This document shows, piece after piece, positions 1 through 6,778 of a stretch of 10,886 nucleotides of DNA. The stretch is from Planctomycetota bacterium. GTDB taxonomy: Bacteria > Planctomycetota > SZUA-567 > H5-PLA8. The notes beneath the pieces were generated by a model. It was not told where the DNA came from. It was given only the letters and a program-made list of their open reading frames with translations, and made no database searches. The DNA lies in assembly GCA_045863855.1 (NCBI GenBank), contig BTVV01000171.1:1-10886 (forward strand), read 5' to 3'. Numbering within the stretch: the stretch's first letter is position 1; each line of letters begins with the position of its first letter. The position numbers were made by a program, and so were the translations under genes.

Positions 1-845
1 GGCCTGCCGGTGAGCATGTGGTTCAGGCTGGCGCCGAGGCTGTACTGGTCGCTGCGCCAGTCGATGTTTTCGACGCCCATGGCCTGCTCGGGCGAGATGT
101 AATCCGGCGTGCCGAGCACTTCGCCTTCGGTGCTGATGACGTGGTCGAGCTTGGATTTCACGAAGCCGAAATCGCCCAGCTTGACCACGCTGCCGCGGTT
201 CATCATCACGTTGCTGGGCTTGATGTCGCGGTGGACGATGTCGAACTTCTTGATGTACGTGAGCGCGCGCAGCACCTGGACGGTGATGTTGATCGCGCGC
301 GAGACGTCCATCGGCCCTTCGCGCTCGATGATGTCCTCGACCGTCTCGCCGTCGATGTACTCCATCGAGAAGTAGTACAGCCCGCGGTCGCGCCCGACGT
401 CGTAGACCTGGATCAGGTTCTGGTGGCTGAGGCGGCCGGCGAGGCGCGCTTCGAGCAGGAAGCGCTTCTTGAACTCTTCGTCGCTCAGCCACTTTTTGTG
501 CAGGACCTTCAAGGCCACGTCGCGGGACATCGAGATCTGGCGCGCTTTGTAGACCGTGCCCAGCCCGCCGTCCCCGATTTTGCCCAGGATCTCGTAGTTG
601 CCGATCCGGACGGGCTCGCCCTTCTGTTCGTCGCGCTGGATGCGGTCGAGTGCGGTGCGCACGGCGCGGATACGTTCTTCGGTCATGAAGCCCAGTTCGA
701 GCATCAGCTCTTCCATGGGCGTGACGTCGTTGCCATCCTTGCGTTGAGTTTCCTGGTGGCGCAGGCACGCCTGCACCTGGTCCTCGGTGGCCAGGGCATT
801 TTCGACGGCGACTTGTTCGAAAGACTTGGGGGCCTTCCGTGCCAC
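1..845 (-). CDS. Hanks-type serine/threonine protein kinase (3' end runs off the left edge), with a degenerate MshEN-like N-terminal helical domain
   Basis: Absent from the ORF track because there is no stop in the window. Manual translation from GTG at 845-843 gives MARKAPKSFEQVAVENALATEDQVQACLRHQ...IGNYEILGKIGDGGLGTVYKA...VALKVL...RFLLEARLAGRLSHQNLIQVYDVG...FSMEYIDG...IVHRDIKPSNVMM...VKLGDFGF...VLGTPDYISPEQAMG...DWRSDQYSLG. The G-loop, VALK, HRDIKPxN, DFG and SPE motifs are intact. GAGGA lies upstream and the start overlaps the previous stop (TAGTG). Confidence 0.96.
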   Translation of the reverse strand, partial: MARKAPKSFEQVAVENALATEDQVQACLRHQETQRKDGNDVTPMEELMLELGFMTEERIRAVRTALDRIQRDEQKGEPVRIGNYEILGKIGDGGLGTVYKARQISMSRDVALKVLHKKWLSDEEFKKRFLLEARLAGRLSHQNLIQVYDVGRDRGLYYFSMEYIDGETVEDIIEREGPMDVSRAINITVQVLRALTYIKKFDIVHRDIKPSNVMMNRGSVVKLGDFGFVKSKLDHVISTEGEVLGTPDYISPEQAMGVENIDWRSDQYSLGASLNHMLTGR

Positions 846-1306
846 TATCCGTTCCTCAAGACCTGTTCGTACAGCTTCACGATCTGCTCCTGCTCCCGCG
901 TCTCGATCGACCCCGCGCGCAAGCGCCGCAGTTCCTCGATCGCTTCCCAGGCCCGGCGGCCCTGCCGGACCAGCGCACAAGCCAACAGCGTTCCGGTTCG
1001 TCCGCGTCCCGCACCGCAGTGCACCACGACGGCCCGGCGCTCGCGTTCCATCTCGTCCAGAAACTTGATCGCGCGCTTTACCTGGCCCAGCGTCGGCGGC
1101 GAAAAGTCGACTACCGGTAAATGCAGGTACCGGAAGCCGCCCGCTTCCACTTCGGCGCTTTCCAGCGGGGTCTCCGTCAACGAAACGATCGCGCCGATGC
1201 CCTGCGCCTTGAGAAACTCGAGATCCTCGCGCAACGTAGCGCTCGTGCCCGGCCGTTCCATCCCGGCCAGCCGCCCTTCCAGCACGAACCCGAAGTTATG
1301 CGGCAT
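845..1306 (-). CDS. Dual-specificity protein phosphatase, CX5R family (DUSP23-like), 153 aa
   Basis: P-loop VVVHCGAGRGRTG (HCxxGxxRT), general-acid loop LPVVDFSPP, C-terminal AIEELRRLRAGSIETREQE, N-terminal NFGFVLEGRLAG. Confidence 0.95.
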   Translation of the reverse strand: MPHNFGFVLEGRLAGMERPGTSATLREDLEFLKAQGIGAIVSLTETPLESAEVEAGGFRYLHLPVVDFSPPTLGQVKRAIKFLDEMERERRAVVVHCGAGRGRTGTLLACALVRQGRRAWEAIEELRRLRAGSIETREQEQIVKLYEQVLRNG

Positions 1307-1332
1307 GTGCGTTTCGCCAAGGATGGACCGGT

Positions 1333-1361
1333 ATGCTAGCGTCTTTTCGGAAGCTGCCGAA
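1333..1361 (-). promoter_or_regulatory. Putative internal promoter for the phosphatase-kinase pair
   Basis: Minus strand TTCGGC-N17-TAGCAT within the 57-nt gap between the ligase stop and the phosphatase start. Confidence 0.3.
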
Positions 1362-1363
1362 CG

Positions 1364-2815
1364 CTACTTTAACAATCGGCGCATCACCTTTCCCGTAGGG
1401 CCCTTGGGCAGTTCGGGGCGGAATTGGATCTCCCTCGGCACTTTATAGGGAGCCAAATCTTTACGGCAGTGCGCCAGCAGTTCGTCGGCCGTGACCTGCT
1501 GGCCTTCGTGCAGGGCGACGAAGGCCTTGACCGTCTCGCCCCGCCGCTCATGCCGTTCGCCCACCACACCGGCCTCGGCGACCGCCGGGTGCTTGAGGAG
1601 CGCGTTCTCGACCTCGGCCGGGAAGACCATCTCGCCGGCCACCTTGATCATCTCGCGCAGCCGGCCGGTGATGGTCAGGTAGCCCGCGGCGTCCAGCATA
1701 CCCATGTCTCCCGTGCGGAACCAACCGTCGGCGGTGAGCACCTGGCGGGTCTCTTCGGGCTTGTTGCGGTAGCCGCGCATCACGTGCGGACCGCGCGTCC
1801 AGATCTCGCCCACCTCACCGGTCGCTAAATCCTGCACGCTGGCCGGATCGACGATCTTGACCTCGATGCCGGGAATCGGTTGGCCCACCGTGCCCTGCTT
1901 GTGCTTGTTCGGCACGTTGAACGCAATTACCGGGCTCGTTTCGGTCAGCCCGTAACCTTCCAGCAGCGGAATCCCGAAGACCTGCTCGAACTGCACCGCC
2001 GTATCATGCGGCAGCGGTTCGCCGCCGGCGACGGCGAGCTTCAAGTCGAGCGGGACGGGCTTGCGCTGCTGGAGCTTGGTCAGGACGCGGAACATCGACG
2101 GCACCATCACCAGCGTGTTGCAACGCGCATCGCTCGCCGCCTTGAGACAGGCCTCCGGCTCGAAGCGCGGGATGCAGAAAAGCGACCCCCCGGCGCCGAT
2201 CGGCACCGCCATCGTCGCGGTAATCGCGAAGGTATGGAACGTCGGCAAGCACGCCAGCACGCGGTATTCGGGCTTGAAGTCCAGCGCCTGGATATCGGAG
2301 ACCGTGTTCGAGCACAGGTTGCGGTGGGTGAGCTCGACGCCTTTGGGCCTGCCGGTCGTCCCGCTGGTGTACAGCAACGTGGCCAAGTCCTCGGGCTGCG
2401 GGCGCGGCGCGGGCTTCGGCGCGGCCGGCGGCGGGAACTCTTCCAGCGTCAGGATTTTGGCCGGCAGGCCTTCGAGCTTCTTCGCGAAGAGCTTGATCGT
2501 CACGATCGTATCGGCCCCGGAATCCTGCAGGATGTAGGCCAGATCTTCGCCGCCCAGGAGCATGTTCAGCGGCAGGACGGCCTTGCCCGCGTACAAGCCC
2601 GCGTAAAACGCGGTGACGAAGGCCGGTGTCATGGGCAGGAAGAGCGCGATCACCGGCTTGTCCGTGGCCGCGGCGAACGCCACGCCCAGCTTCTGAGCGC
2701 CGCCGAGTAACTCGGCGTACGTCAGCGTCCGGTCTGCGCTCAGCACCGCGCTCTCGGCCGGACGGGCCTTCGCGGAGGCTTCCAGGAGATCCAGCACCGT
2801 CTTCGGTTCGCTCAT
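1364..2815 (-). CDS. AMP-forming long-chain fatty acid--CoA/ACP ligase (ANL adenylate-forming superfamily)
   Basis: Motifs LLYTSGTTGRPKG, EGYGLTETSP, GWFRTGDMG, ITGRLREMIKVAGEMVFPAEVE and LPKGPTGKV. ATG at 2815 is preferred over TTG at 2821; it lies 2 nt after the upstream stop, with GGA before it. Substrate cannot be determined from sequence. Confidence 0.92.
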   Translation of the reverse strand: MSEPKTVLDLLEASAKARPAESAVLSADRTLTYAELLGGAQKLGVAFAAATDKPVIALFLPMTPAFVTAFYAGLYAGKAVLPLNMLLGGEDLAYILQDSGADTIVTIKLFAKKLEGLPAKILTLEEFPPPAAPKPAPRPQPEDLATLLYTSGTTGRPKGVELTHRNLCSNTVSDIQALDFKPEYRVLACLPTFHTFAITATMAVPIGAGGSLFCIPRFEPEACLKAASDARCNTLVMVPSMFRVLTKLQQRKPVPLDLKLAVAGGEPLPHDTAVQFEQVFGIPLLEGYGLTETSPVIAFNVPNKHKQGTVGQPIPGIEVKIVDPASVQDLATGEVGEIWTRGPHVMRGYRNKPEETRQVLTADGWFRTGDMGMLDAAGYLTITGRLREMIKVAGEMVFPAEVENALLKHPAVAEAGVVGERHERRGETVKAFVALHEGQQVTADELLAHCRKDLAPYKVPREIQFRPELPKGPTGKVMRRLLK

Positions 2816-2817
2816 CG

Positions 2818-3195
2818 TCAATCCAGTTCGATCTCGAATTCGTGATTGAAAGCTTCTTCGAAGTCGTACACGTTCGCGAAGTCCTCGCGGCGGTCGGAGT
2901 CCTGCTTGATCATCAGTTCTTCTTCGACCATGTTAAAGACGAGCGCGCCGATATCGGCCGTTTCGGTCAGGCCCCATTGATTGAGCACGGTTTTGGCCAT
3001 GAGGCCAAAGCGTTCGCGGGCCAAGTCGCGCAGGCCCATGGCCAGATCGCGCCCCGTCACGTGCCCGCGCTTGCCGCGTTTGCGGACCGTATAATCGAGG
3101 GCTTCGCGGACGAAGTTGTACGCCTCCCGCTTGTACCGCGGCTCGCGTTTGAGCAACGTCGCGAGCTTCTCTTCTTCGCTGCGTTCTTCGGCCAT
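2818..3195 (-). CDS. Minf_1886-family (Verrucomicrobia/Planctomycetes-restricted) conserved protein, 125 aa
   Basis: EPRYKREAYNFVREALDYT...HVTGRDLAMGLRDLARERFGLMAKTVLNQWGLTETADIGALVFNMVE...DRREDFANVYDFEEAF matches my recollection of the family signature. Start reassigned to ATG at 3195 (MAEERSEE), with GGAAG upstream. Confidence 0.88.
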   Translation of the reverse strand: MAEERSEEEKLATLLKREPRYKREAYNFVREALDYTVRKRGKRGHVTGRDLAMGLRDLARERFGLMAKTVLNQWGLTETADIGALVFNMVEEELMIKQDSDRREDFANVYDFEEAFNHEFEIELD

Positions 3196-3505
3196 ACTTC
3201 CGTGCAACTCCCCCGCGCCGCCTCCATGCGGACCGTCCAGCGACTCAATGCTAAGATGCACCACCTTCCCGCCTGCACGCCTCGAACGCAAGCACAAGCC
3301 GTGGGGTCGAGCAGCCCATTATGCAGACTGTACTTCCAGAGGCTTGGCGGCTTGAACTTCGCAACGAGCGACCGGCCGCCGGGGTCGTGCCGTCGCTGAA
3401 GGTTACGATTATGGGCCGTCCAAGTTCTACTTCCTGGGATTGCGCGATGGCATGTGTGCAGTCGGCTTAGACTTTGGGTTTGTCGTGTCAATAAAGCACG
3501 AGTTA

Positions 3506-3532
3506 ACCATAGAGGCGGCGCTTTTCTATGGT
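3506..3532. promoter_or_regulatory. Inverted repeat (operator-like or RNA hairpin) in the divergent intergenic region
   Basis: ACCATAGA-N11-TCTATGGT with perfect 8-bp arms. It lies next to a perfect minus-strand TTGACA (3491-3486). Confidence 0.4.
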
Positions 3533-3608
3533 GTAATCCCAACTGGGTAAGACGGGACGATTAAGTTAAGCAGGCCGTACCACCCCCTTTTCTGGAGCTT
3601 TGACGCGC

Positions 3609-5285
3609 ATGAAGCCAGCCCATGAACGCACGAACGCCCGCTTCGCCGCCTCGGTGCTCTCGCTGTTCTTGATGCTCCTGGCCTCCTCCGTTGCGGCGAG
3701 CGAGCGCGTGATCGAAGTCCTGGCAGACTTTGAATCCAGCGAGCCCCGGAAGCCTGCGCCGGTAGACGCGCTCAAGAAAATCGAGCTTTCGGACCAGACC
3801 GAGTTCGGCAAGGCGTGCCTCAAGGTCACCTTAAGCAAGGGCTTCGACTGGAACAAAGCTTCGTGGAACGGCGGCCCGGCGAGTCATATCGGACTGGGGA
3901 CGCTTTCGGGCCCGCACTTGCCGCCCGAAGCCGACGCGGTGCGCCTCAAGGTCAAGGTGCTCAGCGGCCGCGCGATAATCAGCGTGGGCAGTCCCGTAAA
4001 TCAGCTCGGGTGTTCCGATGTGCTCTGCGATCCGCAACTGATCGAAGCCGGCGATAAGAGTTCCTGGCAAAGTCTGGATATCTCGTTGAATGCGCCGCTC
4101 ATGCGAAACTTCAGGCGCCCCAATTTCACGAAAGACTTACCCGTCATTTACTACACGCGTTGGGTTCAGGAGCCGATGAGCTTGATTCTCATTTCGATGC
4201 CCGATGACTTGGTGCAGGACGAAGAGACCGTGCTGTTGATCGACCAGGTGGAACTGATCGCCAAAGGCGACGGCAAGCCATTTCCGAAATTCGCGGCCGA
4301 TCAGGTGAAGTCCGTCTCGGTCGTCGCCGATTTCTCGAAGCCCGAGGACCGCGCCAAAGTCTGCACATTCGCGCATGGCTACTCGATCTCCAAGTCGTTT
4401 GAAGCGGGCTACCGGCGCAAGAACGGTCCGGTGACCGTGCAACCCATGCCCGAGCACATTCGGAAGTCTTCGCCGTTCATCGAAGAAGAAGGCTATCACT
4501 ATCCCGCGCCACGGTATTCGGCGGTAGAAGGCAAGGATGGCGGGCAGGCGCTGCGCGCGGAATGTCTGTGGGCCGAAGAGGGCCAGATCGTGACGGTAAA
4601 GACCGCCGGCGATCCTCAGGCGAACGCATTCAGAGTTTCATTGAAGCCGCACTTCCCCAACGGCATCGGCGGACCGCATTTCAAGTTTCAGTACGAGGGC
4701 AAGCCCGCGCACGTCGTCGACTTCGTGGTCTTCGTCGCGCCCAAGGGCTCGGATTTTCCCTGGAACGACCTTTCGGCCACCGACGAACTCAAGAAAGCCT
4801 TCGCGGAAGGCGGCTATACGGGTCCGGCCGGCAAATACGACTATATGATTTCGGCGGGGATCAATAAGGTCGTCCATAAGTCGCGCGTCGAGGATGCCGG
4901 ACCGTTCGGCTTCTACTTCGCGCGCCGATTCTTTACCGCCCAAGCGTGGTCCGAGGCCATCGTTCCCTTCGCCGATTTCGTCTGTGTTTACGGTCAAGGC
5001 GCCTGTAAAGATCTGCAGGCCAAACAACTCCCGCTCGATCCCGCACAAATCGCCGCGATCGGCTTCATCGCCCCTTACGGTTCCAATCACGGCACCATCG
5101 ATGCGCAAAGCATCGAGCAGGTCGCGGTGCCTGGCGCGGGCCGTGAGTTGCAGTCTTACTGGCAGGTCCCCGATATGTCCCAGATTCGGCTCTTTCCCAT
5201 CCCTCGTCTCAAAGCCTACGGCGGTAATCTGTTCATGACCTTTGGCGCTGAAGTCCCCACCTATCTGTTGGGCGCAAAGCCCTGA
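3609..5285 (+). CDS. Secreted hypothetical protein with two putative CBM11/CIA30-like (galactose-binding-like) beta-sandwich domains
   Basis: Long ORF (558 aa from ATG at 3609; GGAG at 3594-3597). Sec-type signal peptide MKPAHERTNARFAASVLSLFLMLLASSVAA. Repeated pattern V[LV]ADF...G..AL/CL...W....[IV][SP][LF]...ID. The CDS is secure; the domain call is inference. Confidence 0.8.
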   Translation: MKPAHERTNARFAASVLSLFLMLLASSVAASERVIEVLADFESSEPRKPAPVDALKKIELSDQTEFGKACLKVTLSKGFDWNKASWNGGPASHIGLGTLSGPHLPPEADAVRLKVKVLSGRAIISVGSPVNQLGCSDVLCDPQLIEAGDKSSWQSLDISLNAPLMRNFRRPNFTKDLPVIYYTRWVQEPMSLILISMPDDLVQDEETVLLIDQVELIAKGDGKPFPKFAADQVKSVSVVADFSKPEDRAKVCTFAHGYSISKSFEAGYRRKNGPVTVQPMPEHIRKSSPFIEEEGYHYPAPRYSAVEGKDGGQALRAECLWAEEGQIVTVKTAGDPQANAFRVSLKPHFPNGIGGPHFKFQYEGKPAHVVDFVVFVAPKGSDFPWNDLSATDELKKAFAEGGYTGPAGKYDYMISAGINKVVHKSRVEDAGPFGFYFARRFFTAQAWSEAIVPFADFVCVYGQGACKDLQAKQLPLDPAQIAAIGFIAPYGSNHGTIDAQSIEQVAVPGAGRELQSYWQVPDMSQIRLFPIPRLKAYGGNLFMTFGAEVPTYLLGAKP

Positions 5286-5340
5286 ACTTGGGCGTTCTTG
5301 ACGCGCACTTCATATCCGCGCGCGCAGGCGGTTCGCGGCC

Positions 5341-5368
5341 TTTCGAACGGGCGCTTGCACGCTACGAT
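5341..5368 (+). promoter_or_regulatory. Putative sigma70-type promoter for a leaderless S2P transcript
   Basis: TTTCGA-N16-TACGAT. The -10-like hexamer (5363-5368) ends 6 nt before ATG 5375, and there is no Shine-Dalgarno. Confidence 0.45.
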
Positions 5369-5374
5369 GCGCGG

Positions 5375-6724
5375 ATGACCGAACAGGCTTCCATACCCGA
5401 TCACGGCGCGGGCGACGCCGGCCTTGAGCCGACCGAGGCCGAAGTCGATGCGGCGCTGCGCGCGGCGGAAGACGAAGCCTTCGGCGCGCAGATCGTCGAA
5501 GCGATGCGCGAGCAGGATACGCAGCGCCAAGGCTGGGGACGCGCCGTCCTGGTGCTGGCCTTTACCGCGCTGCTATTCGTCGCCACCGGCCTCCTCAGCG
5601 TGGCTCCCGAAGAACTCGCGGCGCTCGTGGGCGTCATCTTCTTCCACGAACTTGGCCATTACCTCGGGATGCTCGCCTTCGGGTACTCGAACGTGCGTAT
5701 GTTCTTCATTCCGTTCCTCGGCGCGGCAGTTACGGGGCGCAAACCTCATGTGGAAGGCTGGAAGGCGGCGCTGGTGAGTCTGCTGGGGCCGCTGCCGGGC
5801 ATCGTGCTTGGCGCGGGGCTGGCGGTATGGGAGTTCTACGAGCCGCAGCCACTGGTCCGGCAGGCCGCGTTCTTTCTGCTGGCGCTGAACGCCTTCAATC
5901 TGCTGCCGATCTTCCCGCTCGACGGGGGCCAGTTCTGGCTGCATGTCCTGTTCGTGCGCAGCCCCCGTTCGGAAGCGCTGTTCAAGGCGCTCACTGGAGC
6001 CGCGCTGGCCTGGGCCGGCTACGCCGTCGGCGCTTATCTGATCGCCGGAATCGGCGTCTTCGTCGCGCTCTCGGCCCGTCGCGCGTACCGCTTGGGGGTG
6101 CTGGCTCAAGACCTGCAAAGCGTGCGCGGCGCGGCGGAAGAGTATCCGCGTCCGGCGCAAGCCGCGGCACTGGCGCGAGCCTTTCTAGCCGCCTTCGAAG
6201 GCCATCCACTGCGCGCTCCGAAGGATCTGGCCGTGCAAGTCCGTGGACTCTGGGAGCGCTTGCACGCGCGCCCGCCGGGGCTGACGGCCGGTCTGGCCTT
6301 GGGCGGCGCGTACGCGGGGGCGCTGGTCATAAGCGCTGCGGCGGGACTCTTCTTTTTGCTTGGCGGCGCCTACGGCTGGCGCGCGGAGATGGACGCGGGA
6401 CGCGAGGCGTACGTGGCCGGGCGGTATGAGGAATCGCGCGCAGCGTTCGAGTTCGCGGCGCGACTCGCCGAACGCATGCCCGGCGAGCCGATCGCGAAAG
6501 CCGACGCGCAACGCGGGCTGGGCAAGGCGTTGTTCAAGCTGGGGCGCTACGCCGAGGCCGAGGCGCATCTGCGCGAGGCGCTGCAGGCGTTCGAACGGGA
6601 GGCCGCAGGCGAGGCTCCGTTGCTGCGCATGTTGTACGCGGAACTGGCGGAGACTACCGGCGCGCAGGGCCGCGCGGAAGAAGCCGCGGAGTGGCGGGCC
6701 AAAGCGGGGGTCGAAGAGCCGTAA
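5375..6724 (+). CDS. Site-2 protease family (peptidase M50) intramembrane zinc metalloprotease with C-terminal TPR repeats
   Basis: HELGH zinc motif at the end of a TM helix, LLGPLPG, and NAFNLLPIFPLDGG (third ligand Asp), with multiple hydrophobic helices. The C-terminal GLGKALFKLGRYAEAEAHLREAL and LAETTGAQGRAEEA are TPR-like. ATG at 5375 is preferred over TTG at 5288. Confidence 0.92.
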   Translation: MTEQASIPDHGAGDAGLEPTEAEVDAALRAAEDEAFGAQIVEAMREQDTQRQGWGRAVLVLAFTALLFVATGLLSVAPEELAALVGVIFFHELGHYLGMLAFGYSNVRMFFIPFLGAAVTGRKPHVEGWKAALVSLLGPLPGIVLGAGLAVWEFYEPQPLVRQAAFFLLALNAFNLLPIFPLDGGQFWLHVLFVRSPRSEALFKALTGAALAWAGYAVGAYLIAGIGVFVALSARRAYRLGVLAQDLQSVRGAAEEYPRPAQAAALARAFLAAFEGHPLRAPKDLAVQVRGLWERLHARPPGLTAGLALGGAYAGALVISAAAGLFFLLGGAYGWRAEMDAGREAYVAGRYEESRAAFEFAARLAERMPGEPIAKADAQRGLGKALFKLGRYAEAEAHLREALQAFEREAAGEAPLLRMLYAELAETTGAQGRAEEAAEWRAKAGVEEP

Positions 6725-6728
6725 AGCC

Positions 6729-6778
6729 AAGCGGCGGGTGAATCTACTTCCGCCTCGGAGCGAGTTTCACCAGCGCTT
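6729..6778 (+). terminator. Long imperfect hairpin between convergent genes (possible terminator or 3'-end protector)
   Basis: Nested pairings AAGCG/CGCTT (6729-6733/6774-6778), GGTGAA/TTCACC (6737-6742/6766-6771) and TTCCG/CGGAG (6748-6752/6756-6760), starting 4 nt after the S2P stop. No clear U-tract follows. Confidence 0.4.

Noticed and set aside
1..1306. Kinase/phosphatase as a toxin-antitoxin or anti-phage defence pair
   Set aside because: The kinase is a typical Hanks type (not HipA-like), codon usage is host-like, and there are no defence or mobility genes nearby. It cannot be supported from this window.
18..1448. 476-aa plus-strand ORF
   Set aside because: Antisense shadow of the kinase and phosphatase genes. 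It has no motifs, and such long stop-free antisense frames are expected with high-GC codon bias.
1364..2815. NRPS adenylation domain / secondary-metabolite cluster
   Set aside because: It is a standalone enzyme with acyl-CoA-ligase-type motifs (YGLTE, GDMG). No carrier protein, condensation or PKS genes are in the window.
3196..3297. N-terminal extension of the Minf_1886 ORF given in the track (start 3297)
   Set aside because: The extension is non-conserved-looking. ATG 3195 has a purine-rich RBS, and a -10-like TAGCAT (3253-3248) lies inside the extension.
3321..3470. 49-aa plus-strand small ORF MQTVLPEAWRL...
   Set aside because: No RBS, atypical codon usage and no recognisable motif.
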